Positions 28,232 to 36,685 of a DNA stretch of 64,000 nucleotides are shown piece after piece; within the stretch, counting starts at the first letter, position 1; each line of letters begins with the position of its first letter. The position numbers were made by a program, and so were the translations under genes. This stretch comes from Candidatus Eiseniibacteriota bacterium (GTDB lineage Bacteria > Eisenbacteria > RBG-16-71-46): assembly GCA_038231135.1 (NCBI GenBank), contig JBBRLX010000012.1, forward strand, positions 45,944-109,943. The letters are read 5' to 3'. The notes below the pieces were generated by a model that was given only the letters and a program-made list of their open reading frames with translations, was not told the DNA's origin and did not search any database.

Positions 28232-31162
28232 CTACCTCACGATCGTAATCTTCCGCGCCAGCTCCCGGGCGCCGTTCGACAGCCGCACGAAGTACGGCCC
28301 CGCGGCCACGCGGTGGCCGCCGTCATCGAGGCCGTTCCACTGGATCGCATGCAATCCGGCTTCGAGCGCGCCATCCGCGAGCGTTCGCACGGAACGGCCC
28401 GACAGGTCGTAGACGCGCAGCGCCACGCGACCCGGGGCGGGCAGCGTAAAGCGCAGTGTCGTGCGGCCGAACGCGGGGTTCGGCATCGGGGCCGAGAACT
28501 CCAGCCCGGCAGCCGCATTCCCGTCGCCGACAGCCAGCGTCGCCGGGAAGTGCAGCAGCCGGAAGTCGTCGATGCCGGCCTCGACCAGCGAGCCGCCGGC
28601 CGAGTCCTGCGCCACGAACCGCATCTTCATGTTCGCGGTGGGCGTGACGTAGTCGTCGATGAAGAACAGGATGCGCTGCCACGAGCTCGCCGACTCGAGC
28701 GTGTTCTCGACCACCACCCAGCTCGCGCCGCCGTTGTTCGAGATGTACGTGCGCCAGTAGTCGGCGTTGGGTTCGCCACCGAGGGCGTTCGTGTACCAGC
28801 GGTAGTACTCGAGCATGGGGTGCTGACCGGCGGTGGCGTCGAACGTGTTCGTGGTCAGCGTCGTCCTTCCGCCGTCGACGTCGTTGGCCCCCGCGTCATC
28901 GCCCACGGTGCCGATGCCGGTGACCCAGCAGAAGATTCCCGGCGCGGGGGTGTGATCGTCCTCTGGAGCGCACTGCACGCCACCCACGTTCGTTCCGTTG
29001 GGGTTCCCGCGCTCCCAGGTCCCGGTGACCGCATTGTCGCCGGGCGCTCCCACCGTCCAGTGTGGATCGGCGTCCATGTCCTGCAGGAACACGGTCGATG
29101 CCGGTCCGGCCAGGAACGTGTACACCGCCCGCGTCGGCGCCACGGCGGGATCGGTCGTGCCGGCGCCGTAGGTATCCTTCGCCGAGATCCAGTAGTGGAC
29201 GATGCCGAACTGGAGAAACGGGATCTGCGCGCGGAACTCGTTCGGATTGCCGGTCGGAGTCATCGTGAGGGTCGTGTAGCCGCCGTTGTTGATCGAGTAG
29301 TGCAGCGTCGGTGAATTCGGATCGAGCGTGCCCACGGGGCCCGAATACTGGAACGTTGCGACCACTGGATATGGGGACGTCCCGTTCTGGTCCGCGAGCG
29401 GGGTGTGCGTGATGTGGATGAAGAAGCCGGTGCCGATGCCGTGCGCGTTGAACGCCGCGACGATCTGCGAGAAGTGTGGCGTGCCGTTGCCGAGGTTCGC
29501 ATCGTTGTCGTCCACGACCAGCGTCTCTACAAAATAGTCGCTGAACGCGACGCCGTCGTCGGGGTCGTCGGGCTTGCCGTACTTGGCGAAGTGTTCGAGG
29601 TGCGTCGCGAGCGTTATGCCGATCGACTGGCGCAGGTCCCAGAACGCGCCGCCGATGATGAGGCCGGTGGCGTGCGGGTCGCCGCTCTCGTTGTCGGGCC
29701 AGCGGGCGGTGTTGACGAGGTGGCGCAGCGTGGTGCCGGGGCCGAAGAATCCCTTGCCGATGTTGGGGTCGTCCTGCAAGAACGCCGCATTCACGTCGGC
29801 CATGCCCTCGTGGAGGGCGGCGTTCAGCATGCCGTTCGGCGAGCCCGCGGCCACGTACATGTTGTCGTTGATGCCGTGCCCGTACTCGTGATAGATCACG
29901 TCGGCGATGGTGCCGGTGTTCACGCAGCCGGCGCCGGCACGAAAGAAGTTGACGCCGACGCCGTCCCAGAACGCGTTGCAGGTGGAGTTCACGTTGACCC
30001 GCGTGGGCACCGCGTAGTCCATGCCGGTAAATGTGGGGTCCACGCCCTTGATGAACGCGTGCACGCGGTTCACGTGGTAGTAGGCGTCCCGCTCGGCGTC
30101 GTTGGCCTTCGTTCCGTCCCATAGCAGGTTGACGTTGTTCTGGAAATTCGACGCCGAGGTGGAGATGACACCCGGCGGCGGCAGGTCGTCGTTGATGTCG
30201 CAGTAGGTGCCGACCAGGCTGTCGGTCACGATCACGACGCCGGTGGCGGCCGCGGAATAGTTGCCCACGGAATCGGTGACGGCGATATTGGGCCCCACGA
30301 ACACCTTGAGATTCGGCAGATTGACCGTCTCGAGCAGATCGGTGGGCGTGATCGGATGGATCGTCGCCGTGACTTTTCCCGAGATGTTGTGGCGCACGCG
30401 ATCCTGCCGCCACAGCACCTCGCCGGTGTTGGCGTCGACGAGCGTCCACCAGTTGCCGGGCGGATCCTGCACGAGGACGTGCTCCTCGTAGACCAGCCTG
30501 TATTCGGCGGCGCCTTCGCTGCCGTCATTCCAAGGCAGGATCCACGTGCCGCCGTCCTCGACCTTATCCCGGCCGTCGACGAAATCGAGGCCGGTGTGCG
30601 CCGCTTCGCGCGCGGCCGCCCGCACCAGCGCGGGGGTGGTGCGCACCGCGGTGGCCGGCGAATGCCGGTCGGCGCCGAACATCATGAGGCGGCCGTTCGT
30701 GCCGACGCGGAACTCCCAATCCGAGAACAGCACCGGCACACCGTTCAGTGTCTGGCGATACCGCGCGTACCACACGTGGCCGTGCTGCCCGACGTTCACC
30801 GCCGCGAGTTCCGGCGCGCCGAACAGGTCCGGATTCCCGCGCACGAACGCCCGCACCGCGCGATCCACAGAATTCGAGTCGTTGGCTGCGCCGGGCAGCG
30901 GGATCGATGGCCCGAATGCGCGATGCGGCGATGCCGTACGCCCGTTCCAGTTTGCGATCCAGTCACCGTGCTGCGAGCGAAAGCTCTGCCACGCCGGCGA
31001 CGCATCGAGCAACGCCTGGCGTGCTCCGCCGATCGCCACGGGATGGACGGCCGCCGGCATCACTTCGCCGCGCGGCACCCGATCGGACAGCGTCGCCGCT
31101 CCGGCCGGAACCGCGATCAACGCGAATGCACACAGCGAGGCCAGGCGCATGAATCGGTGCAC
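28232..31162 (-). CDS. Secreted M4/M36-like zinc metallopeptidase with propeptide, beta-sandwich region and C-terminal FlgD-Ig domain
   Basis: Signal peptide; FTP/PepSY-like propeptide (YRQTLNGVPV, LVDANTGEVL); CNAFWDG, IYHEYGH, ALHEGMAD; C-terminal PNP...VYDLSGRSVRTL...WNG...GPYFVRL. GGAGG RBS. Confidence 0.88.
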   Translation of the reverse strand: MHRFMRLASLCAFALIAVPAGAATLSDRVPRGEVMPAAVHPVAIGGARQALLDASPAWQSFRSQHGDWIANWNGRTASPHRAFGPSIPLPGAANDSNSVDRAVRAFVRGNPDLFGAPELAAVNVGQHGHVWYARYRQTLNGVPVLFSDWEFRVGTNGRLMMFGADRHSPATAVRTTPALVRAAAREAAHTGLDFVDGRDKVEDGGTWILPWNDGSEGAAEYRLVYEEHVLVQDPPGNWWTLVDANTGEVLWRQDRVRHNISGKVTATIHPITPTDLLETVNLPNLKVFVGPNIAVTDSVGNYSAAATGVVIVTDSLVGTYCDINDDLPPPGVISTSASNFQNNVNLLWDGTKANDAERDAYYHVNRVHAFIKGVDPTFTGMDYAVPTRVNVNSTCNAFWDGVGVNFFRAGAGCVNTGTIADVIYHEYGHGINDNMYVAAGSPNGMLNAALHEGMADVNAAFLQDDPNIGKGFFGPGTTLRHLVNTARWPDNESGDPHATGLIIGGAFWDLRQSIGITLATHLEHFAKYGKPDDPDDGVAFSDYFVETLVVDDNDANLGNGTPHFSQIVAAFNAHGIGTGFFIHITHTPLADQNGTSPYPVVATFQYSGPVGTLDPNSPTLHYSINNGGYTTLTMTPTGNPNEFRAQIPFLQFGIVHYWISAKDTYGAGTTDPAVAPTRAVYTFLAGPASTVFLQDMDADPHWTVGAPGDNAVTGTWERGNPNGTNVGGVQCAPEDDHTPAPGIFCWVTGIGTVGDDAGANDVDGGRTTLTTNTFDATAGQHPMLEYYRWYTNALGGEPNADYWRTYISNNGGASWVVVENTLESASSWQRILFFIDDYVTPTANMKMRFVAQDSAGGSLVEAGIDDFRLLHFPATLAVGDGNAAAGLEFSAPMPNPAFGRTTLRFTLPAPGRVALRVYDLSGRSVRTLADGALEAGLHAIQWNGLDDGGHRVAAGPYFVRLSNGARELARKITIVR

Positions 31163-31316
31163 GGGAATCCTCCATGAACTGGAATCGGCGGCGGCGGGTT
31201 GCCGCTGCGGATTCGACGCGGCGGATTATCACGCGGGTACGCAGGGGGGCGCCCGGAGACGGCTGCGTACACAAGTGTGACAGAGGAGGATGGCAGCCTC
31301 AACCGTTACCTCTGCG

Positions 31317-31748
31317 TCAGGCCTTGTTGGCGGTTTTGCGGCCCCAGGCGTGGGCGTCGACGAACGCCTGCACCCGTGCCCGAACCTCATCGCGAATGCG
31401 GCGAACAGTGGCCAGCTCCTGCTCGTGAGGGTCCTGGATCGGCCAGTCGTCGCGCTGGGCGCCCGGCACCACCGGGCACGATTCACCGCAACCCATCGTG
31501 ATGATCCATGCCGCGCGATAGGCGATCTCGTCGGTCAGGATGCGCGGCCGCTCGCGCGTGAGATCGAAGCCGATCTCCTTCATCGCCGCCACGACTTCGG
31601 GGTGCACTTTCGATCCGGGGTCGGTGCCGGCGCTCACGGCATAGGCGAGCGACGGGTCGGCCACGCGGTTGAAGAACGCCCCCGCCATGGGGGAGCGCCC
31701 ACTATTGCGGATGCAGGCGAACACGACTTTGACGGGTCCCATAGGCAT
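31317..31748 (-). CDS. arsC: Arsenate reductase / LMW-PTP family protein
   Basis: FACIRNSGRSPMA P-loop, SAGT, ITMGCGESCP, DWPIQDP. Confidence 0.88.
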   Translation of the reverse strand: MPMGPVKVVFACIRNSGRSPMAGAFFNRVADPSLAYAVSAGTDPGSKVHPEVVAAMKEIGFDLTRERPRILTDEIAYRAAWIITMGCGESCPVVPGAQRDDWPIQDPHEQELATVRRIRDEVRARVQAFVDAHAWGRKTANKA

Positions 31749-31776
31749 GTGGAAAACCTACCAGTATGCTGCTCGA

Positions 31777-32697
31777 ATGACCATGCCCGCGGATCACGTG
31801 ATGTTCGTGGTGCTGGCGATCGTGGGCCCGGTGTGGGCCGCGACCGTCGGCTACCGGCGGCTCACCGGCGCCGCGCCGGCCGACGCGCCGCGGGTGCGTC
31901 GGTCGGTGTACCGCGCCGCGATCCTGCTGCAATGGACCCTCACCGCCGCGGTGGCGGCGTTGTGGCTCGTGACGGGCAGGCCGTGGGCATCGCTGGGGCT
32001 CGTGCCGCGGCCCACGTGGGGACTGTTCGGGGTCGCGCTGGGTACGGCGTTCGTGATCGTGTTCGTCGCGCGCCAGCGCGGGCAGGTGCTCGACGACGAC
32101 GACGCGCTGGCCGAGGTGCGCGAGCGCATGCGGCACGTGGAGCCCATGCTGCCGCGCACGACGAGCGAGATGCGCACGTTCGCCCGGCTCGCCATCACTG
32201 CGGGCATCTGCGAAGAGGTGCTCTACCGCGGATTCATGATCTTCTACCTCGCCCAGTTCACCGGCGTGATCACCGCCGCCGTCATCGCCTCGGTGCTGTT
32301 CGGCGTCGGGCATGCCTACCAGGGCTGGCGTGGCGTGCTGCTCACCGGCATGGTCGGGGGGTTCCTGTCCGCGGTGTACCTGGTGTCGGGCTCGCTGTTC
32401 GTGCCCATGGTGCTGCACGCGCTGATGGACCTGCATTCCGGGCAACTGGCGCACGTGGCCCTGGTGCGCGAAGCCGAGCTGCAGGCGGAATGGGAACACG
32501 AGTGGCAGGAGCGACAGCGCGCGATGGAGCTGGAGCGGGCGCAAGCACAGGAGCTCGAGCATGCGGATGACGCAGGCTGGCAGGGGCGTCTGGATTCGGA
32601 TCCGCAGCACGCTCCACTCACGGAACCGCGCCCGGCCGATGACACTGACACTGACCGCGGGCTCGATCGCGCCGCCGAAGGAGGGCCGTCCACGTGA
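31777..32697 (+). CDS. CPBP (Abi/CAAX) family intramembrane metalloprotease with acidic C-terminal tail
   Basis: AGICEEVLYRG, FGVGHAYQG, HALMD motifs; several TM segments. Confidence 0.9.
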   Translation: MTMPADHVMFVVLAIVGPVWAATVGYRRLTGAAPADAPRVRRSVYRAAILLQWTLTAAVAALWLVTGRPWASLGLVPRPTWGLFGVALGTAFVIVFVARQRGQVLDDDDALAEVRERMRHVEPMLPRTTSEMRTFARLAITAGICEEVLYRGFMIFYLAQFTGVITAAVIASVLFGVGHAYQGWRGVLLTGMVGGFLSAVYLVSGSLFVPMVLHALMDLHSGQLAHVALVREAELQAEWEHEWQERQRAMELERAQAQELEHADDAGWQGRLDSDPQHAPLTEPRPADDTDTDRGLDRAAEGGPST

Positions 32698-33833
32698 GCC
32701 GCACCTACGACGTCGCCGTGCTCGGGTTGGGCGCGATGGGCAGCGCCGCGCTGTGCCACCTCGCGCGCGCGGGCCTGTCGGTGGTGGGGCTCGAGCAATT
32801 CGTGAGCCCCCACGCGCAGGGCTCGTCGCACGGCGGCAGTCGCATCATTCGCGAGGCCTACTTCGAGGATCCCCGTTATGTGCCGCTGGTGCATCGCGCC
32901 TACGAGGAATGGGACCGCCTCGAGCGCGACACCGGGCAGCAGCTGCGACGGACGACAGGCGGAGTGATGATCGGGCCGGAGGCGGGCGTGCTGGTCGCGG
33001 GGGCGCTGGCCAGCGCGCGCACCCACGGTCTCCAGTACGAGCTGCTCGGCGCGGCGGAGTTGCAGCGCCGGTTTCCGGCGTTCCACCCGGCGGACGACAT
33101 GGTGGGAGTGTGGGAGCCGCGCGCCGGCGTGCTGTTCCCCGAGCGCTGCATCACGACGCACCTCGAACTGGCCACGCGCGCGGGCGCCGCGGTGCGGTCG
33201 CTCGAGACCGTCCGGTCATGGCGCGCGCGCTCGGGCGCGGTCGAGATCTCGACCGCGCGCGGCACCGTGCGCGCCGGCCAGCTCGTGCTCGCGTGTGGCG
33301 CTTGGATGCCGGGGTTTCTCGATGGCGCCGAGCTGCCGCTCGCGGTCGAGCGCGTGGTGCAGGCGTGGTTCGAGCCGGTGTCGCCCGAAGCGCTCGTGCC
33401 CGAGCGCTGTCCGGTCACGATCTGGGAATACGCCCCCGGCCGGTTCTACTACGCATTCCCGCTGCTCGACGGCGCGGTGAAGGCGGCGCTGCACCATCAG
33501 GGCACGCCTGCCGACCCGGAGCGCGTGCGGAGCGAACCTGAGCCGGCGGAGCTCGAGCGCATCCGCGAGCCGCTGCGGCGCCACATGCCCGACGCCGACG
33601 GACCGCTGCGCGAGGCGCGCGTCTGCCTCTACACGAACACGCCCGACGAGCACTTCGTGATCGATCGCCATCCCGCGCACAATCAGGTGCTGATCGTGAG
33701 CGCCTGCTCGGGCCACGGCTTCAAATTCTCGAGCGCGATCGGCGCGATCGTGACGGAATTGGTGCGGGATGGGACGACGTCGGCGGATCTGGCGATGTTC
33801 GGGGCGGGGCGGTTTTTGAAGCCCGTTCCTTAA
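32694..33833 (+). CDS. solA: N-methyl-L-tryptophan / monomeric sarcosine oxidase family flavoprotein
   Basis: VLGLGAMGS, GSSHGGSRIIR, CLYTNTPDEHFVID, ACSGHGFKF. Confidence 0.9.
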   Translation: MSRTYDVAVLGLGAMGSAALCHLARAGLSVVGLEQFVSPHAQGSSHGGSRIIREAYFEDPRYVPLVHRAYEEWDRLERDTGQQLRRTTGGVMIGPEAGVLVAGALASARTHGLQYELLGAAELQRRFPAFHPADDMVGVWEPRAGVLFPERCITTHLELATRAGAAVRSLETVRSWRARSGAVEISTARGTVRAGQLVLACGAWMPGFLDGAELPLAVERVVQAWFEPVSPEALVPERCPVTIWEYAPGRFYYAFPLLDGAVKAALHHQGTPADPERVRSEPEPAELERIREPLRRHMPDADGPLREARVCLYTNTPDEHFVIDRHPAHNQVLIVSACSGHGFKFSSAIGAIVTELVRDGTTSADLAMFGAGRFLKPVP

Positions 33834-35218
33834 GGCCGCGATTCCCCGTTCCCTGCCGCGACCTCACTCCCCAGCCACCGCGCCACGATCTTGTCGCGCC
33901 GCTCCTCGAGGATCTTCACCAGGTATTCGACCGCGCGGGGATCGGAGTAGTCTCCGGCCTCGACGGCGGCGCGGATCAGCTCGTCGGTGAATCCGGCGAC
34001 GATGCGGGCGCCCCACTTCACGTCGGCGTCGGTGCGCGCGTCGAACGCCGGGTTGGGAATGAACGGCCGCCAGCTCTGCGGGCGAAACGTATCGGCTTCG
34101 AAGTAGCCGACGCTGGGCAGGTTTGGGTCGACGCCGTGTTCCCAGCGGTATGGCGGCAGCGCGAGCGTCCCGAGCGATCGCGTGACCGTGCCGTAGTCCA
34201 CGAGGTACTCGTGGCCGTTGCGCGGCGTCTGCGACACCACCGACGCCGACCCGAGGCAGCCGTTGAAGTCGATCAGATGGTGCCGCACGAACGAGCGGCC
34301 GCCGTCGGTGACGTACATGTCGATCGTGTTGCGGGCGCTGCAATCGGTGTGCTGTGTCCAGGAATTGATCGTCCACAATCCGCGGATCTCACGGCGCAGT
34401 TCGTGCGGGATCCGGTCCTCGACATCGTCCTTGCGGCGGCCTTCGTAATGCCATTCGCCGAGCGGTTTGCCCTTGAGGAACCGGCTGGCGACCACGCGAT
34501 ACGCACTGTCCGCGGCAACCGGCACATCGCGCAGCAGGTCGTCGAGGAACGCCTTCGTGATCGGATACTTCTTCCCGGCGATGTCGTAGGTGGCGCCAGC
34601 GCCGACCACCAAATCGTCGCGGCGGAACCGGGCGATGGTGTTGTCGGGCACGTTGTAACCGGCGGCCCAATACAACTTGGACACGACGACGTCGGCCGAG
34701 GTCGTGAGTTCCGGCGATGCGGGCGGGTCGAACTTGATCGCGAACCGCACGCCGTTCGCGTCCTTGATCTGGAATCCCTTCGAGACGCCTTCCGTCTTCG
34801 CTCGTACCACCGACCACTTCCCCGGCGCGGGGCCGGTGCCGGGGCCGGCGCCGGTGAGCATGTCGTGGACGGTCACCGTGCGGTAGCCGACGCGCGGCTG
34901 CCACCAGGTGCTCGGCAGGCGCACGCGGCCCTGCTCGTCCACGTTCGCGGCCTCGCGGCGTCCGACGCCCAGCTTGCGCACCAGCAGCGCCGGGTCGAGC
35001 GCGCGCGTCGCCGGCCGTACGAAGCTCTGATGAATCGCGTCGTAATAGTAGGAGATGCTGGTTGCGCGCGGCATGGGGATGGTGTCGGGCGGAGCGCCGT
35101 CGGCATGTGACGCCGGCGCGACGACCAGCGCCGACAACACGGCCGCGAACGCGCACGACGTGCGCACGGGCGCGCAGCCAGGCGCCCGCCCGGCCGAACG
35201 CGCGAAACCGCGCGTCAT
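33830..35218 (-). CDS. Exported protein with atypical protein-kinase-like motifs
   Basis: N-terminal hydrophobic signal ending ASHA; KTEGVSKGF...FAIKFD, ELTTSAD, HTDCSARN, LIDFNGCLG. ATG overlaps the upstream OMP stop. Confidence 0.6.
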   Translation of the reverse strand: MTRGFARSAGRAPGCAPVRTSCAFAAVLSALVVAPASHADGAPPDTIPMPRATSISYYYDAIHQSFVRPATRALDPALLVRKLGVGRREAANVDEQGRVRLPSTWWQPRVGYRTVTVHDMLTGAGPGTGPAPGKWSVVRAKTEGVSKGFQIKDANGVRFAIKFDPPASPELTTSADVVVSKLYWAAGYNVPDNTIARFRRDDLVVGAGATYDIAGKKYPITKAFLDDLLRDVPVAADSAYRVVASRFLKGKPLGEWHYEGRRKDDVEDRIPHELRREIRGLWTINSWTQHTDCSARNTIDMYVTDGGRSFVRHHLIDFNGCLGSASVVSQTPRNGHEYLVDYGTVTRSLGTLALPPYRWEHGVDPNLPSVGYFEADTFRPQSWRPFIPNPAFDARTDADVKWGARIVAGFTDELIRAAVEAGDYSDPRAVEYLVKILEERRDKIVARWLGSEVAAGNGESRP

Positions 35219-36606
35219 TCCACACCTCCGAGCGAGAACCGGATGCGGACGGACTCGGGGCCAGCGTCGACACCCGCCATGGCGATCACCTGGTGGAGGT
35301 CGCGCAATCGAATCGCGAGGCCACACGAGTGCCGCAAGTCCGTCACGCGCGCGGCCGCAAATCGCGGGAACACAGTGCCCGTCTCCGCGTGCAGATCACC
35401 TTCCAGATGGAGCCCGAGCGGAAAGATGTAACTGAGCTTCGCGGCGGCCTTGTCGAGGTCGCGGAAGCGTCCGGGTTCCCAGCCCGCGAGGCCGGCGCTG
35501 CCGCCGAGGCTCGCGAGATCGGCGATCAGGAACCGGCCGCCGCCCTGGTCTGGACGCTGATCCGTCGCATCGACCGCGAGCCGCAGCGAGCGCGGATCGT
35601 GTCCGAACGAGGCGCCCACCTCGGCTGCGGCGTTGAAGCGGGTGAACGACCTCGCATCGGGATGGCCGTCGGAGAACGCGAACGCAGCGCGCGCGCGATC
35701 GAACCGCTCGGCGCTCGCCGATGCGCGCCAGCCGTGCGACCAGTGGGGCTGGCCGCCGCGCGAGTCGCGAGTGAGCGAGCCGCCATAGATGAAATGCTCG
35801 ACCGGCCGCCCGAGGTTCGCGGCGTCGGCGGGGTACAGCACGTCGAACGACGGCCGGCGCGGGTCACGCCCGGTAGCCAGCACGGCCTCGCGCGAACCGA
35901 CCCACAGCAATGCATTGGCGCGCGAACGTTCCGGCCCGCGTATGACCACGGGACTCGACGCGGTGGCGCCGGACGGTGTCGGTTCGGGCAGTCTCCGCCA
36001 CGGTATCGAAACCGTGAGCCGCACGGATTGCAGCCGTTCCGCGAACGCCGCCGCGCCCGCCTTGGGCGCCGACATTCCGACGCCGTAGTAGAGGTCGCGA
36101 GCGCGCCATTCAGAACTCCAGTTCCCGCGCCACGGGCCGAACGTCACCGACATGCGCTCACGATTGTAGTGATTCGTACTGCCGCTCACGTCCGCAAGGA
36201 CATGCCCGCGCGTGAACGGGGGTGACCACAGCACCGCGCCGCCGAATCCGGTGCGGTCGCCCAGCGATGCTGGGGTGACCGCGAACTGGACGCGGCGTTG
36301 GAACGCGAAGGCTTCCTTCACCCGGATGTCCAGACGATCCTGCTCCACGTGCAGCAGGCCGAGATCGGCCGCGCGGCCCAGCGCCGACAGCGGCAGAGAA
36401 ACGATGCGCCCCGGAAAGCGCAGCACGGATTCCCATCGCTCGGCGGCCGGCACCGCGGCGGGAGGGTTCCAGGGCCGCTCGGTGCTGGCACGCAGGTCGG
36501 TCCCCACGTACGTCGAATCGACGGATCCCGACAACGCCGGGGTCGCGATGCACGCCACCATCGACAGCAGCAGCGTGAGTCCGAGGAGCGGCACATGGAC
36601 GCGCAT
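35215..36606 (-). CDS. Outer-membrane beta-barrel protein (Omp85/BamA-TamA-like barrel)
   Basis: Signal peptide; alternating beta-strand pattern; LGGSAGLAGWEPGRFRD (variant of the LRGF loop-6 motif); ends SVRIRFSLGGVE. Confidence 0.6.
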   Translation of the reverse strand: MRVHVPLLGLTLLLSMVACIATPALSGSVDSTYVGTDLRASTERPWNPPAAVPAAERWESVLRFPGRIVSLPLSALGRAADLGLLHVEQDRLDIRVKEAFAFQRRVQFAVTPASLGDRTGFGGAVLWSPPFTRGHVLADVSGSTNHYNRERMSVTFGPWRGNWSSEWRARDLYYGVGMSAPKAGAAAFAERLQSVRLTVSIPWRRLPEPTPSGATASSPVVIRGPERSRANALLWVGSREAVLATGRDPRRPSFDVLYPADAANLGRPVEHFIYGGSLTRDSRGGQPHWSHGWRASASAERFDRARAAFAFSDGHPDARSFTRFNAAAEVGASFGHDPRSLRLAVDATDQRPDQGGGRFLIADLASLGGSAGLAGWEPGRFRDLDKAAAKLSYIFPLGLHLEGDLHAETGTVFPRFAAARVTDLRHSCGLAIRLRDLHQVIAMAGVDAGPESVRIRFSLGGVE

Positions 36607-36685
36607 GAGGAATGCGGAATATGAACCATTCCCCCGCCAAGTCAACGTCCTTGGACGGCCGCGCCCGCCGGGCTACCCTTTGGGC

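Noticed and set aside
36212..36685. Upstream extension of the NTT-HEAT ORF
   Set aside because: Overlaps the divergent OMP gene; transporter-like sequence and a -10 box point to ATG 36686.
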